NCBI RefSeq assembly: GCF_964355755.1
Contig: NC_092671.1
Span: 6,386,001 to 6,450,000, forward strand
Direction of reading: 5' to 3'
Length of the DNA stretch: 64,000 nt
Origin: Antedon mediterranea
Lineage: Eukaryota; Animalia; Echinodermata
In this document: positions 1-13,400 of the stretch, one piece after another
Position numbering within the stretch: position 1 is the stretch's first letter
Layout: the number at the start of each line of letters is the position of its first letter
Position numbers and translations under genes: made by a program
The notes under the pieces: generated by a model
What the model was told of the DNA's origin: nothing
Seen by the model: only the letters and a program-made list of their open reading frames with translations
Databases searched by the model: none

Positions 1-3000
1 AAGACGCGGAACGTCGACAAGGGTTTGATAATAGTTGGTACCTTACGGCCGTCAACTTCCGTCTGAATAAAACATCAAATCATAATCACTTTTTAGACTA
101 CTGTTCGTATTTAAACTCTTTATAAAATAAAATCTAAATAAAATCATAATAACCATGCACAAGCTTAATTTTGCTTGCTCTGGTTTGAATCCCTCTTAAG
201 TTATCAAAAGGAAAACAATAACAAAAGTTAATCTAAAAGAATCACATACACTTAAGCTCTGTATACACTATCAAACTAGTTTTACAAAAAAAGTGTGATA
301 TGTGCAAATATGGTAGTGATATGATATCGACATGTCTATATATGGGCTCATCACATTGTTTTTTGTCACATAAAGTTTGATAGTGTAGACAGAGTTATGT
401 AAAACCAAAAATATGAAGAGTTATGAACTTACTTTAGTAAAAATATTTTTCATTGCCATGAGGAAGCCTTGCCTGTTATTCAGTCCCAACTTGTTAAACT
501 CATTGTTTCCACAGGCCAGGAGAGATCCCATGTCTGACAAGAACATCGTACCATCCCTACCACATTTAACCATACGGATGTAAACCGACTCTCCAGACAG
601 GTCAACAGCTTGCGGTTCACAGTGGTTTTCTTCATCTCCTAGGCCTAGCCTTCCATCCTTGCCAACACCCCAGGAGAACACCTCGCCATCAGCTCCGACA
701 GCCACGACATGATGTGGTCCACAGTCTATGGAGGTGACATCGATGCTTAGAAGAACCTCAATGAGTCTTGGTCTGGAGGCATTACTCCAGTCACCATGGG
801 CAAGGCATCCTTTGCTGCCATCTCCACACGTCATCACGATGCCATTGTCACTGGCAAACACACTAAATCCATCCCCACAGCATGCCCTGTAGATAAAAAT
901 AATAGAAAACATTTACAAAAACATCAAGAATAATGTGAATTTCACAAGCGTAAAGGAAAAGTTGATTTATTTTCCAATAAATATATAAACATATTTGATG
1001 GGAGTACTTTTTAACTGTAATTCAGAGATTAAGTTCAGAATTTGATAAAGTAGAACCCAACCTTTGGTACACTCCCAAGGAGAGAACAAGGGAAACGTAT
1101 AGTATGGTATATGGTATACATTTTTTGGGCTTGAAGGCGTTTTCTTAGTGTTTTACTAACATACAGTACTGTATCGTTAGTAAGTAATACTTACTTTGTG
1201 ATAGATTTTCCTTTCAGAGATTCAACAACCTCGGGTGACTGTCTAGATTTCAAGTCTCCGTGACCCAGTTGCCCTTTGTTGTTTTCACCCCAAGTAAACA
1301 CTGACCTTTCACACGTCACAACAATCATATGAGTGGAACAAATCGCCACCTGTGAACAAAAAAATAATAATAGAAATAATGATAATAAAATAAATAATTA
1401 TACAGTATTCCAAATCAAGACCAGATTGAAGAAACTAAAATAACATTTCAATTGTGCATATGTTATGTTTTACAATAACAAATACAGTAAGCCCCAAAAC
1501 TAGAATTTGGAAATTGAATATTGCGATTTCTGGAAATACAGATGTTTAGGCTTTGGGAGTATTAATGATTTAGATTCCAAAAGTTGTGATGCCCCAATCT
1601 TGAAAATAGGTGATAGATTATACCTGCTTAATTTTAATTCTAGATGGAAGATCCACTGGAAACATACTCAGGGTGAGTATATCAAAATGATATAAAACAG
1701 ACCTGGAAAAGAATAAAAAAACAAACAAATGAAAATATAATCATAGCAATACCTACTGTAGTTCATAATAAAAACACACAAGTACAGTAGATTAAAGGGG
1801 CTTTTACACCTGGTGCAGCAGGGTCGGCAAAAATAAAATCGAAAGTCATTGTTTTGTTTACACGCGGCTACATGCATATCGATTGGTGTATAGCCACGTG
1901 GAGCGTCGTGAACTGAGGTTAGATTTTTCTGCCTGCCTTTGGATGTTGCTTTTAGGCGCAAACATATATTTTGTATATATTCAGAGACATGTTTTTGTTA
2001 CTTTATACAGCGTTATACTCAACTATTAAACTGTACGTATACATAATATGTGCAGAGGTATTACTACTTGTAGAGCTATATTAAATAATACAAAAGCATT
2101 CGCTATTCAAATTACCGTGTTTTAGGCCTATGCCCGGTGTTATTGCTATCGGTGGTGGCCATCATATCATCCTCAAACTCTGACAAAGGGTCTTCAAACT
2201 GGCTTAGCAGGATTGGTAGACGTGCCAACATGAGTTCATTAGCAGACGGTCTGTATTCTGGTTCCCTTTGTAACATGTCTTGTATTAAGGTCTTGAATTC
2301 TTGGCTATAATTCCCCTTCACTGGAGTGAACTGACCCTGAATGTTAAATGAATGGATGTACAGTAACAATTTCAGCATAATCTAAAGTGGAGTGGAGCTG
2401 TAGCTTGGTAGTTAATGTCCTTGCATTCCAATCCAAAGGTCCAGGGTTCAATCCTGACCTAGTGCCAGGGTGGTAATTCACGACTCTTTCCAACTCCACT
2501 CCCTAAGCCTCAAATGAGACTTAGTTTATAAGCATGATAAATTATTAAATAGTTTGAGTTTATCCATCCTGAAATTGGGAAGCTACTCGTACCAGTAGTA
2601 TACATTTCTACTATTACACCTAAAAAATTCAAATATATTGTAAAACAAGAATTATAGTTCATTGTGAAAATAATGGCATTGTAGGTCTATACAGAATCCA
2701 CTGCAATCCAGTTTATTTAAAGAAAAATCAAGAAAAAGTTTTAATAATCAATTGAAGGTCAAAATGAAAAAAATTTAACAGAAAATAGTCATTCAATCAT
2801 TGTTTTTTTTTAAGGGTGCCATATTTTACCTTCATTATTTTGTTGACAAGTGCTGGTAAGTTGGTTCCTTCAAATGTCTTTTGTAGACATGCCATTTCAT
2901 ATAGTATACAACCTAAAGCCCATATATCAGATTTTTCATTGTATGGTTTGCCTTCACACTATCAAAAGTAACGAACATTTTCAAATATATATTGAAGATA

Positions 3001-6000
3001 TAAATATATTTGATATCAATACAATATCAGAACTATGTATCCACAAACCTAACATATTAATAACAAATTGAGTTTTTCATTAATCATAATAATTAATCAT
3101 TATAAGCGCATTGAGCACCTTTGGTGGCGAAGTGTGGTTTAGAAATCGTTATTACTATTTTAAAGGTTTCCTTACAATTTCAGGTGAGATGTAGTAAGGT
3201 GTTCCAAGAACTGTATTTGCTCCTCGGTTATTGGAAGACATCACTTTTGCAATCCCAAAGTCACCCATCTTGATGATTCCTTCTTTGGTTAGAAATATAT
3301 TGGCGGTTTTTAAATCCCTGTGTTCGTAAAATGTAAAAATAAATAAAATTTTGATCAATCTTATTTCAATAATTATTCTTCATAAGTAGAAATATTTTTG
3401 CATCCACCCCAAGTATTCTGTAATTCCCTGGTTCAAGTTATTTTTTTGTGCAGCATACCTGTGCAAGACATTGTGATCATGAATGTATCGGATGGCTGTC
3501 ACCATTTGTTGATACATAAGTAAAATCTCCCTTTCTTCAAGTTCTCGTTTTCTCTGCTGGTTGTTCAGAAACTGAGATAATGTTCTAGAAAATACATTTA
3601 TAATCTAAATTACTACATTTTTTTATGAACATTTTAATTATGGTATTCAAAAGGAGTTTCGTATTTCATAATTTTTATTTTCAGTCATAGAGTTGTCATA
3701 TTGACCTCCAATGTAAACTGCCGTTTTCAGTCATAATGTTCAAAATTTTCGCACATTTAATGTATGTGTATTTACACTACATTATGTCATGCACAGGGCT
3801 GAGACATGCAATTATTGCCAGCCTGATTCCCGTAATTGCTTACACAAAGGATACAGTAATGTAGAGTAGGATAAAAATTGTGTACTTCTGTATTGTTGGC
3901 CTGGAGCCCCTATAATAGTTTAAAGTGTACATGAAGTTAACAGTATAATGTTGTAACAATGGCCAAGGTCTAAGGTCTTGCCACATGATATCAACTAATT
4001 ATTTATAGATATAACTAATCCAGTATTGTGTTTGTACTTACCCACCATCAGCATATTCCATCTCTATCATCAGTGTACCATCTTCTTCAAATGAATCATA
4101 GTAACTGATGATATTAGGGTGATCAAGCATACTCAATACTCTAACCTGCAAAACAAATTGAAATAGAGGATTAAATCACTTGCTATACTGCATGTCAGAG
4201 CCACTTCAGTACTTCCAAACAGCGATATCTGCTATAACCTCATTCCGCTTATCATAGCATTTATGACCCACGATGCATTCTGATTCTTACCTCATTCTGG
4301 GCCATTTAAGAACCATGATGCATTCTGTTTCTTACCTCATTCTGGGCCATTTAAGAACCATGATGCACTCTGTTTCTTACCTCATTCAGTGCCATTTAAG
4401 AACCATGATGCTTTCTGTTTTTTACCTCATTCAGTGCCATTTAAGAACCATGAAGCACTCTGTTTCTTACCTCATTCAGTGCCATTAAGAACCATAATGT
4501 ATTCTGTTTCTCACCTGATTCAGTGCCATTTAAAAACCATGATGCATTCTGATTCTTACCTCATTCAGGGCCATTTGTCTCTCTACTGCTGTTAAATCAT
4601 GCATGTTTATTTCTTTTAAGATAACTAAGGAGTCATCATCTTTTTTGCGGTATAGGACTGCAGCTCCATAAGCTCCTGTAAAAAAAAGAACAAATCTCTT
4701 ATAACTGAGAAATAATATGTATATATCAAATCATTTATCCTAAAGAAATATAAATTCTGAAAGGGACTTTTAAACTATTAAAACCTAGCTGCTGTTTATC
4801 TAGCATGGAGATGAGAATTACCTATTACTTACAGTATTTGTGTTACTGTTTGTAGTCTGTATTCTAAATTTAAACTATGAGAAATAAGTTTAAACTAGCA
4901 ACAATGTCGATCAAGAAAAAGTTTTGAATCAAGATTATAACTTGTGACTTAATCCAATTGATATGCAGACCATAGGACATTGCTAAAAAGTGCAACTCTT
5001 TACACTTTCTGATGGAACACAAAAGGACACACAACAAGGTATAAATAATCTGTATATATTAAATTACCTTTTCCTACAGTTCTAATTTTCTCAAATCCAG
5101 CTAGCGTCTGTGGTTGAGAACTCCAATTTTTCAGTTTATCTGTCTTAAAATAAAACTCACCAACATTTCTTTAAAAAAATAACACCATTATAAATTGACT
5201 AAGGAGTCAATATTTCAACTTCATTCTCACATAGATTATGTTTACTATACTCCCAATTAAAAATTGAACAAAGGTGCTATTGTATATGAACTTGAAAGTG
5301 AAATATAAGGAAGATAAACAGCCTTAAGGTGTTAAAATAAAATATGATATTACAAGTTGATTTTGCATCATACTGTGATATGTTTTTAATCAATTTAATT
5401 CAAGATTTTCTTACCTTTTAACAGTTTCATTGCCTGCCTTTACATGAATGTCATTGCCATGGATTTCACGAGATATACCAACTGGCATCTAGGAAAATAG
5501 AGAAAACTGTTAGATTAATTGGCTCTGGGCTGAATAAATACATTTACAGTATGTAACATTTTATTCATTAAATTGTAAAAAAATAATAAATGCAAAAACT
5601 GATGTAAAGCTCAGGTACAGGCATGAATTTTAAATATAATATTTGGTTAATTGTACATAAATCAAATATTTGTAACAGAAATCGAGACGAAAAAACATGA
5701 ATTTCCCTTAATATGGTCAAATACAAAATTTGGCAAAATTCTTCCATAAAAACCAGTAATTAGGTAGTTAACCTAATGCAATAACATGTCTGGTGACTCC
5801 CTAGACGGTGAAAAAAGATGGTGGATATACGGTGGATAATTTTTGCTATAGCATGAAAATAAAAATCTGAAGTTGAATAAAAATATCAGAAATGTAATAT
5901 TCAAGTTATATTACCTATATTTAGTCATCTGATAACATTTTTTACCACACCGTTTATTTTTCATAGCTTTTTAAAATGCCTCTCTATTTACAAAATTTGT

Positions 6001-7950
6001 GTACAAAAGAATAGAGATTTTACTGTGTAATTTGAACTATCCCCCCACTGATATGAAAGTGCTTATTTTCAACAAGCTTGTGTAACACAAATAAAATCCC
6101 ATAGATCGATAATTATTGGAATGTATGATCAATATAAATGTTTTGCCCGCACCTGGCCTTTAAGACCGACGTTAATACACATTGCTTTATGTAATACCCC
6201 AAACTTTCACACTGTCTGTGAATAAATAGACACACAAAAGTGTCTAAAGTGTTAGTATGTATCATTTACATTGAGTAGAAACCTCTGAGAGCTCTTATTA
6301 TAATAAACACTGGAGTTTTGTAATAAAACAAAAAATAATAAAATTAAAAAATAGTGCCCTATAGAAGTAGAAGTTTGGCCAAGGGTGACCTGAACCTTAA
6401 AGTGTATAACAATACAATTCATTTTGACAAACATGGCTGGAAATTTGATGTTACGATATAAAACACATTAAAAAGGGGTATTTTCTTTATTTTCAGCTGC
6501 AATATACATAATACTGATCATGCATCTTACAAAGTATATTTTGTACCCAGCCTGGCGCACTGCTGGCTACCGTGGGTCTATAAAAGCCCTAATTCGAAAT
6601 TCCTTAGTTTCCAGTTTACTTTACTGTACTTACCAATACAATTTTCTCAATTTCAGCTGCAAGTTGCGCAATATCTGGCGTCTGTAAAGCATGGCATGCT
6701 ACAAAGTCTATTCGTTTATTATTGATTGAAGCATCGATGTAGTTTGTAGAAAGATTTGTAAAAAATTGCTTTGTACTTTCCGATGGATTTGTTACTGAAA
6801 GAGCCTGAAAAATAATTAAAACAAAAGATAAAGAGTGAAGCCTAGACCTACAGGAATAATATTGTAGACAAACTAATGCCAAAGACATTGATACACTTGA
6901 CTGCACAAGCAGTAGTCACAGAAGACAAAGATGTATAGTAACAGAGGCTTCCATATCGCAGTTTGCCAGTCATCGCAGGGAATATCCATTAATATACAAA
7001 TAATGAATGTTTATGAGTGCAATGGTACAAATAATGGCACGAGGTGAATGATGAAAGGTTATATCAACGAGGCAAAGCCGAGTTGATATAACCTTTCATC
7101 ATTCACCAAGTGCCATTATTTGTACCATTACACGAATACAAAACATTCATTATTTGTTTTATATAACATCTAGGCGTTTTTTTTTCGTACACAAAAATGT
7201 TTCAAAAAGTACTATTTAACGATCGTTGAATAGTGCGTACTATTGCACGCCATGTGACCCACATTCGTCCAATCAAATGAAAGGAATTTATATAGGTGTT
7301 ATATAATATTATTTAGGTCTTGAGCTGGCTGATGCAAGCATGTGGGCTGTTCTTTAAGAAAACCATACTAGTACATGGCATATTCCCCATATATTTCTGG
7401 AAGAAATGAACTGAAAAACACTGAGTACAAAACAAACCTCTTTTTGGTCGCCACTACTGCACATGACAATAGCACCTGGCTTTGTATGAACTGCACAAGC
7501 TACACTGTGCACCCGTTTGGTCCCTAACGTCTGGCTCACTTGATGTATAATTGCATCCAAAGATGTTCCCTCGTAACGATATTGCACTAATTTAACATTT
7601 GGAAGTATTGCATTTGCTATGGATGAGTAGTTTTTAATCTTACTCGAGAGAATCAATAACCTTAAAGGTTGATCATGTTCTTGGGAAGGCCAGGCATCAT
7701 TTACTTTATCATCCGGGCTTAGACCAATTGTACTCGAGTTTGTATCTTGGTCCGTAGTTAGATTTTCATCAGAGCGGCTGAGTGATTTTGACTCGGTAAT
7801 TTTTCCAGTACTTCCCATCGATGGTGCACCTGATTTCCCTGAAGCTCCTCCAGGGTCATACAAGGTGTTCTTTGATCCTAAGCTGCCTCTGCTCGAACAT
7901 TTTGACAGCTTCTGGACAGTTTCCGTATCACTTAAACTCTTGGTAGACAT
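1..7950 (-). CDS. NEK8/NEK9-family (NEKL-1-like) Ser/Thr kinase with C-terminal RCC1 repeats and an N-terminal DUF4347/NSMF-like domain; 3' end runs off the window
   Basis: Phase-consistent GT-AG coding exons: 7950-7438, 6804-6634, 5488-5415, 5168-5068, 4675-4560, 4145-4042, 3584-3459, 3317-3176, 2958-2830, 2336-2116, 1702-1624, 1349-1195, 886-433, 62-<1. Kinase motifs [46 protein letters not shown]1 motifs [15 protein letters not shown] and [15 protein letters not shown]. Confidence 0.92.
254..396. mobile_element. ~150-bp MITE (TIR AAGCTCTGTCTACACTATCAAACT), high-copy family A
   Basis: Terminal inverted repeats and a near-palindromic interior. Related copies at ~13320-13445, 15428-15595, 36144-36298, 44715-44845, 45675-45817, 55015-55070 and 59586-59624. 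TA/TAA-like flanks suggest PIF/Harbinger (Tourist-like); this is an inference. Confidence 0.8.
2390..2520 (+). mobile_element. tRNA-derived SINE fragment
   Basis: A-box-like TAGCTTGGTAG and B-box GGTTCAATCC at tRNA spacing; no intact cloverleaf seen. Confidence 0.55.
4230..4577. repeat. 45-bp minisatellite (~7 units) overlapping a NEK kinase exon/intron boundary
   Basis: Donor-site core (YTYACC on + strand) at 4286, 4331, 4376, 4421, 4466, 4510 and 4555. Each unit is the exon end plus the 5' splice site plus the first intronic bases. Confidence 0.9.
7001..7306. mobile_element. Non-autonomous element with two adjacent inverted-repeat pairs (possibly Crypton-like)
   Basis: Long hairpin 7001-7152 centred on GAGGCAAAGCCGAG, followed by a second pair TTATATAACA ... 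TGTTATATAA. Confidence 0.5.
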
Positions 7951-8139
7951 GACTTGAGCCTTTAAGATAAATAAATAAAAACAATTTTGTTTCGGCTTTC
8001 CATTCACTTACCATTTACAGAACCTAGACTCTTAATAAAAGGTTTTTACTTTGATTGAGGGCCGGAGCCATAACATAGTGGTCGTATCTCTAACTCTCAC
8101 TCACACTGGGCAGTTGCTTGCTGTAAGTGAATATTTCTC

Positions 8140-8810
8140 TACTAAGGCCTCCCATAAAAGGCCTAGGCTAACTCTAGGTAAGAGGCTAGACCTATTATAA
8201 TAATTATTAATTTAACATTTAAAATAAAGGTTTACTTACTAGGCTAGGGCTACTTACTACTATACTAGCTGCTAGTACTAGTCTAGTAGGCCTCTATTAG
8301 TATTATTCTTGAAAAAGCTATTTTATCCGATTCAAATTCCTAATATTATTAGAATAGAAAGTACTTACTTGCTTTATATTTACTTCATTTCATGTGTCAC
8401 TTTTTGAATTAAGCCGCCTATTACTAGCATATTAGGCTTAAGCTTGGCCCCTGTTAGCTAGGTAGGCCCTAAAAGCAAGGACACCGATATTCTCAAGTCT
8501 GACATCGTGTGCATTCATGTGGGAGAAAAATCCATGACAACCAATAAACAACCTGACAGTCTGGCCTACAAAAACAAAAAATAAATGTTCGTGTTTTAAA
8601 TTTGTTCTCTGAACGCACTTTTTACCGTAATGAAGCCATTTTAGTACGTTTTGAAAAATATACCTTCTAGTTCATCTTCTATGTTGTCAAAATATCATGA
8701 ATCGGTTTATTAGGATGAAAAATAATTAGGAAAAAAATAACAAACAAATTTTAATAACATTTTCGTACTGCTGCTGAAAACGAGTAAATACAATAGCGCC
8801 CTCTTTAAAG
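8140..8810 (-). promoter_or_regulatory. Probable promoter / non-coding first exon of the NEK-like gene
   Basis: Donor-like GTAAGT at ~8368 (- strand), a TAGGCC/AGGCCT cluster, CCAAT at ~8541 and GCGCCCTC at ~8796. The ATG exon begins after an acceptor at 7960-7961, so an upstream exon is expected. Confidence 0.4.
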
Positions 8811-9318
8811 AATATAACTTCATCTCTCTCTCTCTCCCTGATCATGATCGAGAGCTGTATTATTGTGTATTTATTATATTATTTAATTGATGGGTATTGT
8901 TATCTGGCACACTTTTAAAAAATAAAAAAGCAATATTCATAAAACCATTAAAAATTGAGGAGGCAGGAGCATTTGTTGTTGAGCAATTGTCTGTAAAGCA
9001 GATGAGATACATCTATATAGTACATACATATTGTTCTCAGAGATCTTTTTTAAGTGGGAGTTTCATGGAGTACTGATAAAATAGCAGAAATAAGAACAAA
9101 ACATTAACATTTTTTCTTTTTCTTTTGTTTTACTACAAACATAATATGAAGGTTATTACACAATACAAGAATAGTCCTACTACTAGGCCATACTCTTTTA
9201 CAAATATAGCATTTAAGTCAATAATACACAACTATAATAATCCTTCAGAATTCTATAAAAGATTTCTTCGCAAAGGAATAATAATAACTATAATTCACAT
9301 TGATTCATTAATCCTAGA

Positions 9319-9322
<4 letters not shown>

Positions 9323-9368
<46 letters not shown>
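9323..9368. repeat. (TA)n microsatellite
   Basis: Perfect TA run. Confidence 0.97.
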
Positions 9369-9371
<3 letters not shown>

Positions 9372-10470
9372 AGATTCAATTTCCTTTACTAGGTTTATAG
9401 ATATAATTATTAATGCCCTAGTTTCTGTATTTTACAATAAGTAATTTAAACCAATATAAAGCCATACAGTATACTGAGTATATTAATAAATATTATTATG
9501 GTGCATTTAGATGTACTGTTTGAATAGTTGAGTAAGTATCCTAATCCTAATGAAAAATTTGAAAAATATTCTCCAATGCTACATCCAGACCCACAGAGTC
9601 ATGGTTTCTTACCTTACACACAAGGTGTGTAATCCATAAGTCAGTCAGTCAACGATTCACGTTCTGACATAATGGATCACAGTCATGATTTTTCCCATCT
9701 TTTAGATCATCTCATATTCTGTATTACATTGTTGGCCTACTTTTTAATTCCGATAAAGGTTGCTTGGAATACAGACATTATTTGTGAATGGACCAGTACT
9801 TGAATATGCAATATGTGTAATACAGTATATACATTTTAATTTGAACAACAATATTTTAAAAAGGCAAAATTTATATGTTACACCCTCAGTGGCAGATTCT
9901 TTTACATATGGAGAAGGAAAGAGAGGTAGTGGGTAGGTATAAAAACATAAATATATTTATAAATGTTAACAGAACAAAAACATAAAAATATGTATTATTA
10001 AGAACATCTCATATTCAGAAATGAAGAAAATTGTCTGATTTATAAGTAGAGATAAGTGGGAGGGGATACTATGCCATTGAACAATTATACTATTAGTTAT
10101 CCAAAATGCCATGTCACACAATAGGAAAATTTAAAAAAGAACCACCCAAAATAACAAACCAAAAAAATATCTCTAGCCATCTCACATTTTACAAAAAAAA
10201 AAAAGGATCACACCATTACACCTGCACTGGCAACAGTGGAGCTGCCACACAATCAATGATGGTAAATTAATGTAGCCTAATTATAATGCAATGGTTGATA
10301 ATTAAAACTAACTAAGGGTAAAACAATCTGAATAATGTTCAATATTAAATATATATTTTTAACATCAAATAGACATAATTGAAATCAACGACTCAATATA
10401 TTCCACCAAAACCATATATGGTATAAACTCCAAAGCAACCTCGTAAAATTGTACTTTGAATTCAGCTAGT

Positions 10471-13400
10471 TTAGTTTTTGCCTCCAAAAATGGCGAGGAT
10501 GAAGAGGAAGATGTACACAATATCGATGTACAGAGTGAGGGCGCCATAGATATGTTCTTCGGGGTCAAGCTCATGACGTTTTCCACCCATAATCAACTGA
10601 GTGTCGTATGCTAAAAACTGAAACAAAAAATATAATAATTAGCAAATGCATATATTTATTTTATTTTGCAAAACAAAATGACTTTAATCAGAATATATAA
10701 TCCAGTCTGCTAGAATCAGCTGGTAATGTTGTAAATAAATATCACCAACGAAACTAACTAGTGGCCGTATTCACCAATCATACTTGCATTAAAATTTTTC
10801 TTACATATTCAGTATTTCCCTTACATTGTATTCACTTAGATAGGGAGATTTCAAGGGTGTTTCCCTTAGCCTAAGTGTGAATGGTGAATACCGTCACTGA
10901 GGTATAAGTCATATGCGCAGTCTGAACACTCTATGACATGTTCATTGTGGCAAGGAGATTGATTTAATTGTAGTGCCTCGTTGGCTAGTGTTTTACCAGA
11001 ATTGACAAAATTACAAATACTAAAAACTTACCAAGCTGAAAAGAACAGCTCCAAGCCAGGCATATACTGTGTACAAAATCTAATGACCAAATAATATTAT
11101 ACATAGTAAATATTAAATCTAACATTCCTAGAAAGATTTGCTTAATCAAACTTTAGCATATTGCGAAGTCAATATATGTAGCTCCATTTTAACAAAACAG
11201 TATTTATTATATGTAGACTGTGTAATGTTGTGCTGCCCATTTTTTTTCATATTTATTGATCATAATTGGAATCACTCATTGTCATATGTACAGTACATAA
11301 ACATACGATGAAAAATATATTCAACAAATCTTCATCACATATAGCATTATAATTTATTAGTATTCCTGATATGGAATTACTGATACATATATAGCATATA
11401 ATAATTTATCTCATCTGTTTTGAAAGTTCAAAACGGATGTGCAATGGGTGTGATTGATTGAAAATTGCCATATGTACTGTAAAACCTGCTTGTTAAATTG
11501 GAAAAGCTGAATTCAACAATAAGAATGAGAATTTTCCATATAAAATCTGTCACTGCAATACTTGGTACAGTAAAGTATTTAAATCTGGTTTATTAAATGT
11601 GGAAATGTAAGCTCATTTCCTAGACAGAAACTCATGATTTTGTAAAGGTTTTTATGACAGGTTAAATGTCAGAGTAAAATTATTTTAAATAGTGTCCAAT
11701 ACAAAATTGTCTTCATCTTATCTATATTTCTTTCTACAAATTTGTAATGACTTATTGAACATTATGTCATGACTTTCCAGGGGTGGATCCAGAATTATAG
11801 ATTAAAATAAAACCGATTCAGTTCGGTTGCAGAAAAATAAATATAGTCATTATTTTATTTAAAAAAAGACATTGCTGTTAAATTTTAGGGGGTGCTAAAG
11901 CCTGTTTAGCCCCTGTCAAGATCAGTGCCTGCTTTTATGCCCTGGAAATATTTTAGTAAAATAGATTTTTCCAGGGTTGCAGTGAACTGTATGAACCCTG
12001 GAGTTGGCCTACATGTAAAACACAAAACTTCACATACATTAAACCTATGATCTTACCTCACTGTACGTAAAAATGGCAATGAATCCGAAGATGAAAAGAG
12101 AGAGACTGAACATGAATAGAAAGCCACCACAAAGGGTGAAGTCAAATTTGGTTTGCATTGAGAAGATGGTTACGCCAACAGTGATTCCCTACAAAATATC
12201 AAGAGAATAAAACAATACTATAACTTATTTATTTTTCAAATTGTAAATTAACTGATTGAAATACTGTAATTTAAAAGGTATACAGTCAACTCTCCCTTTA
12301 CCAGACACTATTGGGCTGACCTAAATGTCTGGCTTTCTGGAAAGTCTAGTATTCGGGATATGTTTCTAATGGTAAAAATGAATTTAGGACCTTTTGGACC
12401 TCACAAAAAGTCTGGTTTTGGGAGAGTTTCCGGTTTTCAGAGAGTCTGGTATTGGGAGAGTTGACTGTACTAAAACTGCATTGATAAATATAATCTGTAA
12501 AAGTAGAAACAAAAATCGCATATTCAAATTGAAAATGATATACATTACTTACACATGTGATTCCAAAGGCAATCAGGACAGAGCTTATGTCATAAAATCT
12601 ACAAGAAATATTCAAATGTTCAGGCACAATAAGTACATGTAACACATGTTTGGATGTTGTTTTATGTTGTACAGGTAAAAATTACCGTTAAAAAATACCC
12701 CCAGAATTGATCACCAGAATTGCAAACGGGATTGCAGCTTTATCACTACATTTACAATAACATGTACTATCACAGAAAATTGCCTTTTCTCGAATTCTGA
12801 TTTAAAATTAGCCACATTTTAGGGAGTAAGTTGGAAGTACTGTACATAAGTAAGTAAGTCGAGTCTCGACCGCAGTTTATTAGTCTGAGCCCTGATTAGT
12901 GACGAGGTCAGATACCTAATTACTTCAGTTTGGGTGCTCGCATTGACACCCGCTTTCTCCCTTTTCCTTGAACAACTTTCACTTGTTTTTCATAGTGCTT
13001 CAAACCTTTTTGCCTTTTTGCGTTTTTTAAACTCAAAACCCTTTAACCAATTAGGTTGATATGGAGAGAGAAGGAGCAATACCATTTTTATGAATAGAGG
13101 CTTTTAATGCAATCAATTCCATAAAATCTTTTTCAATTATTATAAAATTAAAAATTATACATACGTAGTAATCATTGCCACCATGTAGGAAAGCGCAAGT
13201 GTCTGAAAAAATGGTGTAAATTAATTAACAATTAATAGAAAGTTACATCAAGTTCATACCTCCATGATAAAGGGAGGAGTTGGCCAACAATAAGTAATGG
13301 GATTTTCGAAGCAAAGGCTTCGATGTGCCTATGTATGGACATGATGATGTCATAGCACTACCATATTTGTGCATAGTATTTCCATATTTGGGCTGGCACA

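Noticed and set aside
1668-1961. 97-aa Cys-containing ORF as a NEK exon
   Set aside because: The exon chain closes in phase using 1702-1624 in a different frame; the rest is intronic and shows no recognisable domain.
4273-4595. Repetitive 68-71 aa ORFs
   Set aside because: These are translations of the 45-bp minisatellite, antisense to the NEK gene.
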